Below are positions 1 through 6,646 of a stretch of DNA of 13,240 nucleotides, in pieces. Source of the stretch: PVC group bacterium. GTDB taxonomy: Bacteria; GCA-001730085; JADFSZ01. The notes under the pieces are model-generated. The model ran no database searches. It was not told where the DNA came from and saw nothing but the letters and a program-made list of their open reading frames with translations. The DNA lies in the NCBI GenBank assembly GCA_022560555.1, contig JADFSZ010000025.1, forward strand, positions 1 through 13,240, given 5' to 3'. Every line of letters starts with the position of its first letter. The first letter of the stretch is position 1. Both the position numbers and the translations under genes were made by a program.

Positions 1-648
1 ACCTGCGAAGAGTGGATTCTGAAAGGCTGGATCAAGGTTAACGGAAGAGTCGAGCGGGTTCTTGGCACCAAGGTTGACCTTCATAAGGATCGAGTTCAAT
101 GTAAGGGGCGGCTTGTCAGACAGGCCGATAAGGTGTATTATGCTCTGCATAAACCGCGGGGGTATATTTGTACAAATAAGGACCCGCAAGGCCGTAAAAG
201 GGCCATAGACCTTATCTGCAAAAAGAAACAAAAAGTGTTCACGATAGGCCGGTTGGATGTCACAAGTGAAGGTTTGATCCTTGTAACCAATGACGGCGCA
301 TTTGCCCAGAGAGTCATTCATCCGTCCAAGAACATAGAAAAAGAATATATTGTGCGGGTTGATAAACCCATGGAACCGGCAGATCAATTGCGCCTCATGG
401 CTGGGATGACTCTTCGTGACGGAGTTTTCCGTTGTAAGAAGCTTCATGTGTCGGAATCAGACAAAGACCAAATTCAGCTTGTCATCCATATGGGCCGTAA
501 TCGTGTTATACGCCGGGCTTTTCAAAAGCTCGGATATCACGTTAAAAATTTGAAAAGGATCCGTATCGGACGGCTTAAACTGAAAAACCTAAAACCGGGT
601 GACTATCGATCTTTGACCTCTGACGAAATCAATTTCTTTGAGTCGTAA
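1..648 (+). CDS. rluB: rRNA pseudouridine synthase, RsuA/RluB family; 5' end cut by the window edge
   Basis: Frame 1 is open from nt 1. Residues upstream of the track's Met read TCEEWILKGWIKVNGRVERVLGTKVDLHKDRV, an S4 RNA-binding domain. These are followed by KVYYALHKPRGYICT and GRLDVTSEGLILVTNDG, the catalytic-Asp motif of this family. Stop TAA at 646-648. Confidence 0.9.
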   Translation, partial: TCEEWILKGWIKVNGRVERVLGTKVDLHKDRVQCKGRLVRQADKVYYALHKPRGYICTNKDPQGRKRAIDLICKKKQKVFTIGRLDVTSEGLILVTNDGAFAQRVIHPSKNIEKEYIVRVDKPMEPADQLRLMAGMTLRDGVFRCKKLHVSESDKDQIQLVIHMGRNRVIRRAFQKLGYHVKNLKRIRIGRLKLKNLKPGDYRSLTSDEINFFES

Positions 649-706
649 AACCACTTAATCACGTTGTCTTTAGGTCATTTTGATGGATGATAACAAGGGG
701 AATGTT

Positions 707-1378
707 ATGCATGTTGATCAACAAGAACTTTTTCCGGAATCCGTTCCCGCTCATAAATTAAGACGGCCTTCAGCCATGACCTCCCTAAAGGGAGACGCCG
801 GGATATATGATTTTCAGCAAAAGTTTTCCGTTCGATTGAGCTATGACGTTTTGGTATTTGCCGTTCTTGGTGTTGTTATCTTTATTGTTGCCGCGTATGT
901 GCTAGGGGTTGAGAACGGGGAACAGGCTGTTTTGGAATTTCGCGCGCAAAATCTTACGTCTGTTAATCTTGATGAATTGAAAATCACATCTCCAAGGCAG
1001 ATCCCCTCGTCCGGTTTTACGGAATTTCCGACGTCGGGTCAAATTCATAGAGATTCAACTAAAAAATCGTTAGCGAAAAATAAAACTGTTCAAAATGCCT
1101 ATTTTTACGCGATTCAGGTGGCATCCTTTAAGAATCAAGTTGTTGCAGAGGCCGAAAAGGATCGTTTGCTTCGAAAAAAACACAAAGCTTTTATTTTGAG
1201 GGATAAGTCGAAAAAGACAGGAACCGTATGGTATAAAATTTACGTCGGTCCTTATGAAAATAATGATCTCGCGAATCAAAATAAACCCAACATGATTGAA
1301 GAAGGCTTTACCGATTGTCTTGTGAGGAGAATGTCATGGAATACCTACCAAAATTCGCTATTTAGGGGTGATGTTTAG
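707..1378 (+). CDS. Bitopic membrane protein with C-terminal SPOR (septal peptidoglycan-binding) domain
   Basis: The ORF is open from 680 (TTG). ATG 707 is preferred because AAGGGG lies 6 nt upstream. There is a single TM helix (VLVFAVLGVVIFIVAAYVLGV). The C-terminus YAIQVASFKNQVVAEAEKDRLLRKKHKAFI...WYKIYVGPYENNDLA fits the SPOR repeat pattern. The start codon is uncertain (680, 683 or 707). Confidence 0.8.
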   Translation: MHVDQQELFPESVPAHKLRRPSAMTSLKGDAGIYDFQQKFSVRLSYDVLVFAVLGVVIFIVAAYVLGVENGEQAVLEFRAQNLTSVNLDELKITSPRQIPSSGFTEFPTSGQIHRDSTKKSLAKNKTVQNAYFYAIQVASFKNQVVAEAEKDRLLRKKHKAFILRDKSKKTGTVWYKIYVGPYENNDLANQNKPNMIEEGFTDCLVRRMSWNTYQNSLFRGDV

Positions 1379-2424
1379 TGGATATGATAAAAAAAACACA
1401 CCGTTCTTTGTTAAGGAGTTTTTCTATTTTATTTCTACTAGTTATGTTCGGGGGTTTGCCCTCCTTTCTTGATGCCGAGCCTCTTGGGCCGGTAAACGCT
1501 GCCGAATCAAATGTCGAGCAGCAGGAATCGTATGGGATCACAGTGAGCGCGGACAGGGTGAATTTGCGGCTTGGGCCCGGACAGGAGTATCCCATACTCG
1601 GACAAGTTGATAAAGAGGAGCAACTCATTGTAGTCGCCAAAAAGGGTGATTGGACACAAATTCGCTGGCCTCGAATATTTCCCGTGTGGATACACAAAAA
1701 GTATGTTAGGAAAACAGACGAAGGATACGGCCATATTGTAGGCAATAAAGTAAATGTGCGGATGAAACCCGGGACGAATTATGCTGTTGTGACTCAATTT
1801 ATGGATAAGCAACCTTTGGAAATTGTCGGAGAGCTTGATGAGTGGGTATCCATCCATCCTGACGGGGATGTGACATGCTGGATTTTCTCTGAATATCTTA
1901 CTGATAAGGTGACCCTGGATTGGTATTATGAGAATAAACATCAGCAACAGGCCGAAAAACTTTATGAGGTTTTGACGGCTCGATATGATCAGTTTCTCAT
2001 AGGGCAAGAGGGCTTGTTGACTCTCGACGTGTTAAAGGGAGAGTTTGAAGAGGTAGCGAATCGATATCCGACAACACCTTGGGCAAAATTGTCCAAAGAG
2101 AAGTCCGATGACATTTCCCGACGGCTTCGAGCCGGGGACGTTTCTAGGGGGGGGCTCAGAAAAAAACTTTCTAAGCTCAGTTCTCGGAATAACTTAAATA
2201 TTTATACCGGCGTCATCACCGATGTGGGGGTTATCAAAGGGCGTCTCTCCGGCTTTAAGTTGGTTTCGGATCAAGGCTCTGTGTATTATTTAACGAGCCG
2301 TCAGGGACTGAATTTGGCTGATTATCCCTATGGGAAAGTGGCTATTGAGGGTGTTTTGAAAGAGAGCCGAAAAAGCCTAATCCCATTGCTGGAAGTTGTT
2401 GACATAAGGTGGCTTCACGAGTAA
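1378..2424 (+). CDS. Secreted protein with two tandem bacterial SH3 (SH3b) domains and an uncharacterised C-terminal half
   Basis: The GTG start at 1378 overlaps the upstream TAG by 1 nt, with AGGGGTG 7 nt upstream (alternative start ATG 1384). The N-terminus looks like a signal peptide (FSILFLLVMFGGLPSFLDA). There are two SH3b-like repeats: VSADRVNLRLGPGQEYPILGQVDKEEQLIVVAKKGDWTQIRW and VGNKVNVRMKPGTNYAVVTQFMDKQPLEIVGELDEWVSIH. I do not recognise the last ~170 aa. Confidence 0.8.
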   Translation: MDMIKKTHRSLLRSFSILFLLVMFGGLPSFLDAEPLGPVNAAESNVEQQESYGITVSADRVNLRLGPGQEYPILGQVDKEEQLIVVAKKGDWTQIRWPRIFPVWIHKKYVRKTDEGYGHIVGNKVNVRMKPGTNYAVVTQFMDKQPLEIVGELDEWVSIHPDGDVTCWIFSEYLTDKVTLDWYYENKHQQQAEKLYEVLTARYDQFLIGQEGLLTLDVLKGEFEEVANRYPTTPWAKLSKEKSDDISRRLRAGDVSRGGLRKKLSKLSSRNNLNIYTGVITDVGVIKGRLSGFKLVSDQGSVYYLTSRQGLNLADYPYGKVAIEGVLKESRKSLIPLLEVVDIRWLHE

Positions 2425-2486
2425 CATACAGCGTTTCGATTATCTGGCTATAAGCATGTGCACTACGAGCGGGAAGGCAAGTCCTG

Positions 2487-2753
2487 ATGTCATTACATCC
2501 AAGTTTGAAAGCAGCTGGTCAAGGAAAAAGCCATCGGAACGTTCTCAAGAAGTTTGAACGTATTGAGCTTCTCAAAGAGCAAAAGCGATGGTCCGAGGGA
2601 GACAGTATCTTTGGTATTCCAAAGGTTCGTTCCATAAAGCTTCGCAAAAAGAAAGCCGCAAAAACTGAAGAAGAAACAGACGTAACTTCTCCGGATGCCG
2701 CCCAAAAACCTGAGGCTTCCCCGCAGGCACCGGGAGCTAAACCAAAATCGTAA
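2487..2753 (+). CDS. Small basic protein; the N-terminus resembles the PVC-type 'small basic protein' family (TIGR04137-like, from memory), with a low-complexity Lys/Pro/Ala tail
   Basis: ATG 2487 has GGGAAGG upstream. The N-terminal block is MSLHPSLKAAGQGKSHRNVLKKFERIELLKEQKRW..GDSIFGIPKVR, and the tail is KKKAAKTEEETDVTSPDAAQKPEASPQAPGAKPKS. The two antisense ORFs over the same span look like shadows. The family assignment is recalled, not searched. Confidence 0.65.
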   Translation: MSLHPSLKAAGQGKSHRNVLKKFERIELLKEQKRWSEGDSIFGIPKVRSIKLRKKKAAKTEEETDVTSPDAAQKPEASPQAPGAKPKS

Positions 2754-2792
2754 ACAACCCATCGAGTCAACCACCAAGACTATGAGCCTTCC

Positions 2793-4199
2793 ATGAATTT
2801 TTATCTGGGATTCCTGCTCGTAACTCTGATTGCCGCACTCATATTTATTAAGAAGCAGGGAAAAAGGCTTCGGTTTGCATACCGCGTCAACCGAAAGTTA
2901 AATCACGAACAGGATGCTGTGCTGTCTTTTTTGGATCGGATAGGCGCCTCTGTCATGGATATGACGGATCTTGAATCAACGCTGAATATTGTTCTTGATT
3001 TTATCATGGACGGTACAACCGCAAGATCCGGAGCGATTTTTTTGCTGGACGAGAAAAGAAAGGTGCTTTGGTGCCGAAGTGTCAGCGGGCCCTTTCCTCC
3101 CTCCTTTGATTCAACGTCTTATGTTGCGACAAAAGCCAAATATCTTCAAGAAGCCATAAAAAGTACGCCGGTTTCTTTAGATCAAGGAATTCTCGGGAAA
3201 GTCGTCAAAGACGGCGAGACATTTATTTTTAACAACACATTGAAAGATCAGGCCGGTCTTGGTTTTTCCCAGGAAATTGAGAGTCTGATTGTTGAGCCTT
3301 TGCGTATACGTCAGCGGACCTTAGGTGTGATTGCTATACTAGACAAAGAAGTTGGGGCATTTGACAATGATGACGGACGATTTGTGAACACATTATCAGG
3401 ACAGGTGGCCGTTATGATTGACACCGCCAAGATGTATCAGGAGAGAACCCAGCGTGAACGAATTGAAAGGGAGCTAAGTATCGCACGTGACATTCAAGGA
3501 ATACTCATTCCTCAAAAGCTTCCGCAGATTGATAAATTTGATTTGTTTTTTAAAAGCATTCCGGCCAGAGAAGTGGGCGGAGATTATTATGATATTTTCC
3601 CCTTGCGCGAAGGGAAATACGGCATTGTCATAGCGGATGTTTGCGGTAAGGGTGTTCCCGGTGCTCTCGTGATGACGATGCTAAGATCTGTGTTGAGAAC
3701 GAGGGCCCTGACCAGTCTCTCTCCGGGAAAAGTATTGAGTGAAGTCAATACTCTTATTTACGACGATATGAAGCGGGATATGTTTGTAACGGTTTTATAC
3801 GCGATTCTTGACCCAAAAAACAGGAAAATTGTTTTTGCCCGCGCGGGACATAATCCCCTCCTGGTATATCAACCCGAGACTAAAAAATACCAGAGCTATT
3901 TACCGGATGGCATTGCCCTTGGGCTTGTGAGAAACCTTGATCAGATGGGGGAGTTTGCCGATGCGCATATTGATCTGGATAAAGGTGATCTTGTCTTTTT
4001 TACGACGGATGGTGTTGAAGAAGCTATGAATAGACTGAACGAAACGTACGGAGAAGAAAGAGCTAAAGATATCATTAAAATCAACCATAATAGTAATTCT
4101 GAAAAAATTATCAGTCAGGTGTTGTCGGATTTGCATAATTTTGCTCGGGGAGCGGAGCAGAGCGATGATATTACGCTGGGGATGATTAAAGCATTATGA
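2793..4199 (+). CDS. Membrane-anchored GAF-domain PP2C-type serine phosphatase (SpoIIE/RsbU family)
   Basis: N-terminal TM helix (FYLGFLLVTLIAALIFI). A GAF-like region spans roughly aa 45-215 (ending LGVIAILDKE...VAVMIDTAKMYQE). PP2C/SpoIIE motifs are present: ARDIQ, EVGGDYYD, ADVCGKGVPGALVMTMLRSVLR, FFTTDGVEEA, DDITLGMIK. Confidence 0.9.
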   Translation: MNFYLGFLLVTLIAALIFIKKQGKRLRFAYRVNRKLNHEQDAVLSFLDRIGASVMDMTDLESTLNIVLDFIMDGTTARSGAIFLLDEKRKVLWCRSVSGPFPPSFDSTSYVATKAKYLQEAIKSTPVSLDQGILGKVVKDGETFIFNNTLKDQAGLGFSQEIESLIVEPLRIRQRTLGVIAILDKEVGAFDNDDGRFVNTLSGQVAVMIDTAKMYQERTQRERIERELSIARDIQGILIPQKLPQIDKFDLFFKSIPAREVGGDYYDIFPLREGKYGIVIADVCGKGVPGALVMTMLRSVLRTRALTSLSPGKVLSEVNTLIYDDMKRDMFVTVLYAILDPKNRKIVFARAGHNPLLVYQPETKKYQSYLPDGIALGLVRNLDQMGEFADAHIDLDKGDLVFFTTDGVEEAMNRLNETYGEERAKDIIKINHNSNSEKIISQVLSDLHNFARGAEQSDDITLGMIKAL

Positions 4200-4219
4200 G
4201 CCTATCGTGGAAGGTTGTT

Positions 4220-4351
4220 ATGCAGAAAATCAGGAACCGGATAATTGGGGCAAGTATTTTGTGTGATACGTGCCAGTATAATTGGGGGAATGTTTGCAAA
4301 AAACCCGAACGTCCTAACGCGAAGGTGTGTGAGGAATATAAAAGAAAGTAG
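4220..4351 (+). CDS. Candidate 43-aa basic four-cysteine mini-protein (below the ORF-track length cutoff)
   Basis: ATG 4220 has GGAAGG (4209-4214) 5 nt upstream; stop TAG at 4349-4351. My translation is MQKIRNRIIGASILCDTCQYNWGNVCKKPERPNAKVCEEYKRK, with cysteines at 15, 18, 26 and 37 (CxxC-x7-C-x10-C). It sits on the same strand as the phosphatase and 20 nt after its stop. No homology evidence is available to me. Confidence 0.45.
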   Translation: MQKIRNRIIGASILCDTCQYNWGNVCKKPERPNAKVCEEYKRK

Positions 4352-4467
4352 AAAGTGCACAGTAGCCAGTGCATAGTACTTAAAAAAATATTCCGATTAA
4401 AAATCTGCTTTTCACATATGTACCACCTATAATTTACTAAGTACTAAATTTTAATGAAGAGGCTTGC

Positions 4468-4974
4468 ATGAAAAGAATTCTCATGATTATTGCCCAAAAA
4501 ATATTCCGTGATGAGGAGCTTCTAGAACCAAAAAAGATTTTTGAAGAAAGCGGACAAGCCGTGACGATTGCTTCTGTCGAAAAAGGGGCATGTCTAGGAA
4601 AGCTCGGAGCGCGTGTTGAAGCCGATATCCGTCTTTCGGATGTTAAAGGGGAAGATTATGATGCCGTAGTTTTTGTCGGAGGATCGGGATCCGAAGAATA
4701 TTTTGATGACCTAACGGCGCATAAGATTGCCCGTGAATTTCATAAAAAAAATAAGATTGTAGGCGCCATTTGCGCTGCTCCGACCATATTAGCGCGAGCG
4801 GGTCTTTTGGATAGAAAAAACGCAACATCTTACATTGACCAGAAAGAAAATATTACTCGGTGCGGAGCTTTTTATAAAGATCAAGCGATTGTGGTTGACG
4901 GAAATATCATTACCGGGAATGGACCTATGGCTTCCATTGAGTTTGCAAATGTCATTTTAAAGAACATTCTCTAA
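4468..4974 (+). CDS. DJ-1/PfpI family protein (class I glutamine amidotransferase-like fold)
   Basis: GAAGAGG SD lies before ATG 4468. Family motifs are YDAVVFVGGSG and the nucleophile-elbow IVGAICAAPTILARAGLL, then VVDGNIITGNGP. A TATAAT -10 hexamer sits at 4428-4433, but it has only a poor -35. Confidence 0.9.
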   Translation: MKRILMIIAQKIFRDEELLEPKKIFEESGQAVTIASVEKGACLGKLGARVEADIRLSDVKGEDYDAVVFVGGSGSEEYFDDLTAHKIAREFHKKNKIVGAICAAPTILARAGLLDRKNATSYIDQKENITRCGAFYKDQAIVVDGNIITGNGPMASIEFANVILKNIL

Positions 4975-5016
4975 ATTTATAAACAGCATTCATCGTATTA
5001 AACCGGGAGGGATTTT

Positions 5017-6015
5017 ATGGCACAAATGTATTATGAAAAAGATGCAAACCCAAAATTAATTCAATCGAAAAAAGTGGCCATCATCGGTTATGGAAGTCAA
5101 GGGCACGCGCATGCGCAAAATTTACGTGACAGCGGTGTGTCTGTCATCATCGGTCAAAGGGAAGGATCAAAAAATTACGAATTAGCCAAACAGAATGGTT
5201 TTGATCCGGTTTCAGCCGAGGAAGCAGCCCGACAAGCTGATATTGTTCAAATGCTTGTTCCGGATCATGTGCAGGCAAAATTATATGAAAGTGCTGTTGT
5301 GCAACATCTCACGAAAGGCAAAGCTCTGATGTTTGCGCATGGATTTAATATTCATTTTAAGAGGATTCGTCCAACGCCAGACATCGATGTTTTTATGGTT
5401 GCCCCGAAAGGTCCGGGACATCTTGTCAGGAATGTTTACCAGGATGGCAAAGGGGTTCCGTCTTTGGTTGCTGTGTTTCAGGATGCTTCCGGAGACGCAA
5501 AAAACCTTGCTCTTTCTTATGCGTGGGGCATTGGTGCCACGCGCGCCGGTGTTTTAGAAACAACATTCGCGGAAGAGACAGAAACGGATCTTTTTGGAGA
5601 GCAATGTGTTTTATGCGGCGGTGTTTCAGAATTAGTTAAGGCCGGATTTGACACACTGGTTGAAGCAGGGTATCAGCCGGAGATTGCTTATTTTGAATGC
5701 ATGCATGAACTCAAGCTCATCGTAGATTTGATATATGATGGGGGATTGTCACGCATGAGGTATTCCATTAGTGATACGGCTGAATATGGGGACTATACGA
5801 GAGGAAAAAGAATCGTTACGGATGAAACAAGAAAGGAAATGAAGAAGATTCTCGCAGAAATCCGGGATGGCTCATTCGCGAAAGAATGGATCTCGGAGTG
5901 TGAAGATGGGGGTTCAAAATTCTTGCAAACACGTGAACAGGAATCCAATCTCCTCATCGAGAAAGTTGGGTCTAAATTGAGAGCAATGATGAGCTGGATT
6001 GCCAAGAAGAAATAA
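5017..6015 (+). CDS. ilvC: Ketol-acid reductoisomerase (class I KARI), branched-chain amino acid biosynthesis
   Basis: GGGAGGG SD lies before ATG 5017. The protein has the NADPH-binding [19 protein letters not shown], then [35 protein letters not shown] and SDTAEYG. Its ~332 aa length is typical of class I enzymes. Confidence 0.97.
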   Translation: MAQMYYEKDANPKLIQSKKVAIIGYGSQGHAHAQNLRDSGVSVIIGQREGSKNYELAKQNGFDPVSAEEAARQADIVQMLVPDHVQAKLYESAVVQHLTKGKALMFAHGFNIHFKRIRPTPDIDVFMVAPKGPGHLVRNVYQDGKGVPSLVAVFQDASGDAKNLALSYAWGIGATRAGVLETTFAEETETDLFGEQCVLCGGVSELVKAGFDTLVEAGYQPEIAYFECMHELKLIVDLIYDGGLSRMRYSISDTAEYGDYTRGKRIVTDETRKEMKKILAEIRDGSFAKEWISECEDGGSKFLQTREQESNLLIEKVGSKLRAMMSWIAKKK

Positions 6016-6037
6016 AGTAATTTTTATTTGCGTGTAT

Positions 6038-6072
6038 AAAAAAACCCGGTCCATTTCTGACCGGGTTTTTTT
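6038..6072. terminator. Bidirectional rho-independent terminator between the convergent ilvC and the 6091-6429 gene
   Basis: Stem CCCGGTC (6045-6051) pairs with GACCGGG (6059-6065) around the 7-nt loop CATTTCT. An A7 run lies upstream and a T7 run downstream, so it reads as hairpin plus U-tract on both strands. Confidence 0.85.
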
Positions 6073-6090
6073 GCTTATATCAATGATGAA

Positions 6091-6429
6091 TTAATAATCT
6101 GATTCAGGAGAAAATACATATTCCGGTTCTACGACAGGTTCATAGTCGCTAGGAATAGGAATCGGAAACGTAACTGTGTCATAGACTCCGACAAGAGTAC
6201 GTCCGACGCCGTAACCTACACCTTTTACAGTTCCCCATGTCAAACCTAACAAGGGATTGTGGTCCACAGATGTTTGGTACATCTGCTTTGGGATTTCAAT
6301 CCATCCCGTAGCAATATTTGCCACGCCCCTTAGAAGTTTTGAACCGGCGTTCTGAGCCCAGGCATCCTGTGCTGTACCGGCAACACCGATGACGAGCAAC
6401 ATTACCAATAGGCCGATAGTCACTTTCAT
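6091..6429 (-). CDS. Small secreted protein resembling the exosortase system-associated TIGR04073 family
   Basis: GGGGGA SD lies before the ATG (minus strand). Signal peptide MKVTIGLLVMLLVIGVAGTAQDAWA. The core LLRGVANIATGWIEIPKQMY...GVGRTLVGVYDTVTFPIPIP..YEPVVEPEYVF matches my recollection of the family signature (RG.aN..tGW.EiPk ... vyE.vTFP.P ... EPE.vf). This was not verified by HMM. Confidence 0.7.
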   Translation of the reverse strand: MKVTIGLLVMLLVIGVAGTAQDAWAQNAGSKLLRGVANIATGWIEIPKQMYQTSVDHNPLLGLTWGTVKGVGYGVGRTLVGVYDTVTFPIPIPSDYEPVVEPEYVFSPESDY

Positions 6430-6479
6430 TGTTGTGTCCCCCTTTCTATCCTATGATTTTTCGCTCTAACAATACTAGG

Positions 6480-6508
6480 TTATTAACACTTATTTCTAAG
6501 TTTGTCAA
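6480..6508 (-). promoter_or_regulatory. Candidate sigma70-type promoter for the 6091-6429 gene
   Basis: On the minus strand, TTGACA (complement of 6503-6508) is followed by a 17-nt spacer and then TAATAA (complement of 6480-6485). The -35 is exact but the -10 is weak (3/6 match). Confidence 0.35.
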
Positions 6509-6572
6509 ATTATTTCTCTAACATTGTATAAGATATTGGCTTAGATTGTCAAGGATAATGTCTTAGGACGAA

Positions 6573-6601
6573 TTGACATCCATCCCGAGGTATGGTATAT
6601 A
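6573..6601 (+). promoter_or_regulatory. Near-consensus sigma70 promoter upstream of ndk
   Basis: TTGACA (6573-6578), a 17-nt spacer ending in TGg (extended -10), then TATATA (6596-6601). The predicted TSS near 6608 lies ~40 nt upstream of the ndk ATG. Confidence 0.7.
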
Positions 6602-6646
6602 GTTGAACTCGACTTAGCTCCGAAATTCAAGGTGAAGAGCAAATAT

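Noticed and set aside
1070-2007. Three minus-strand ORFs (1070-1279, 1362-1745, 1507-2007) antisense to the SPOR and SH3b genes
   Set aside because: Each lies entirely inside a plus-strand gene that has clear domain signatures. Their translations are Cys/Phe/Ile-rich with no motifs, which marks them as shadow ORFs.
2493-2777. Two minus-strand ORFs (94 and 83 aa) antisense to the small basic protein gene
   Set aside because: The plus-strand frame has an SD, a conserved-looking N-terminus and operon context. The antisense translations are low-complexity artefacts of the Lys/Pro/Ala-rich tail.
4186-4374. 62-aa ORF on the minus strand in the gap after the phosphatase gene
   Set aside because: It has no SD. 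Its hydrophobic, low-complexity translation is typical of a shadow frame. It runs antisense to an otherwise unidirectional gene block, and the plus strand here holds a better-supported SD-led four-Cys ORF.
4355-4374. Possible terminator hairpin TGCAC-8 nt-GTGCA after the mini-ORF
   Set aside because: The stem is only 5-6 bp with an 8-nt loop, and it is followed by an A-rich rather than a U-rich tract. It is not a credible intrinsic terminator.
5333-6005. Alternative-frame ORF 5333-5557 (+) and antisense ORF 5793-6005 (-) within ilvC
   Set aside because: ilvC is unambiguous over its full length, so these are chance open frames.
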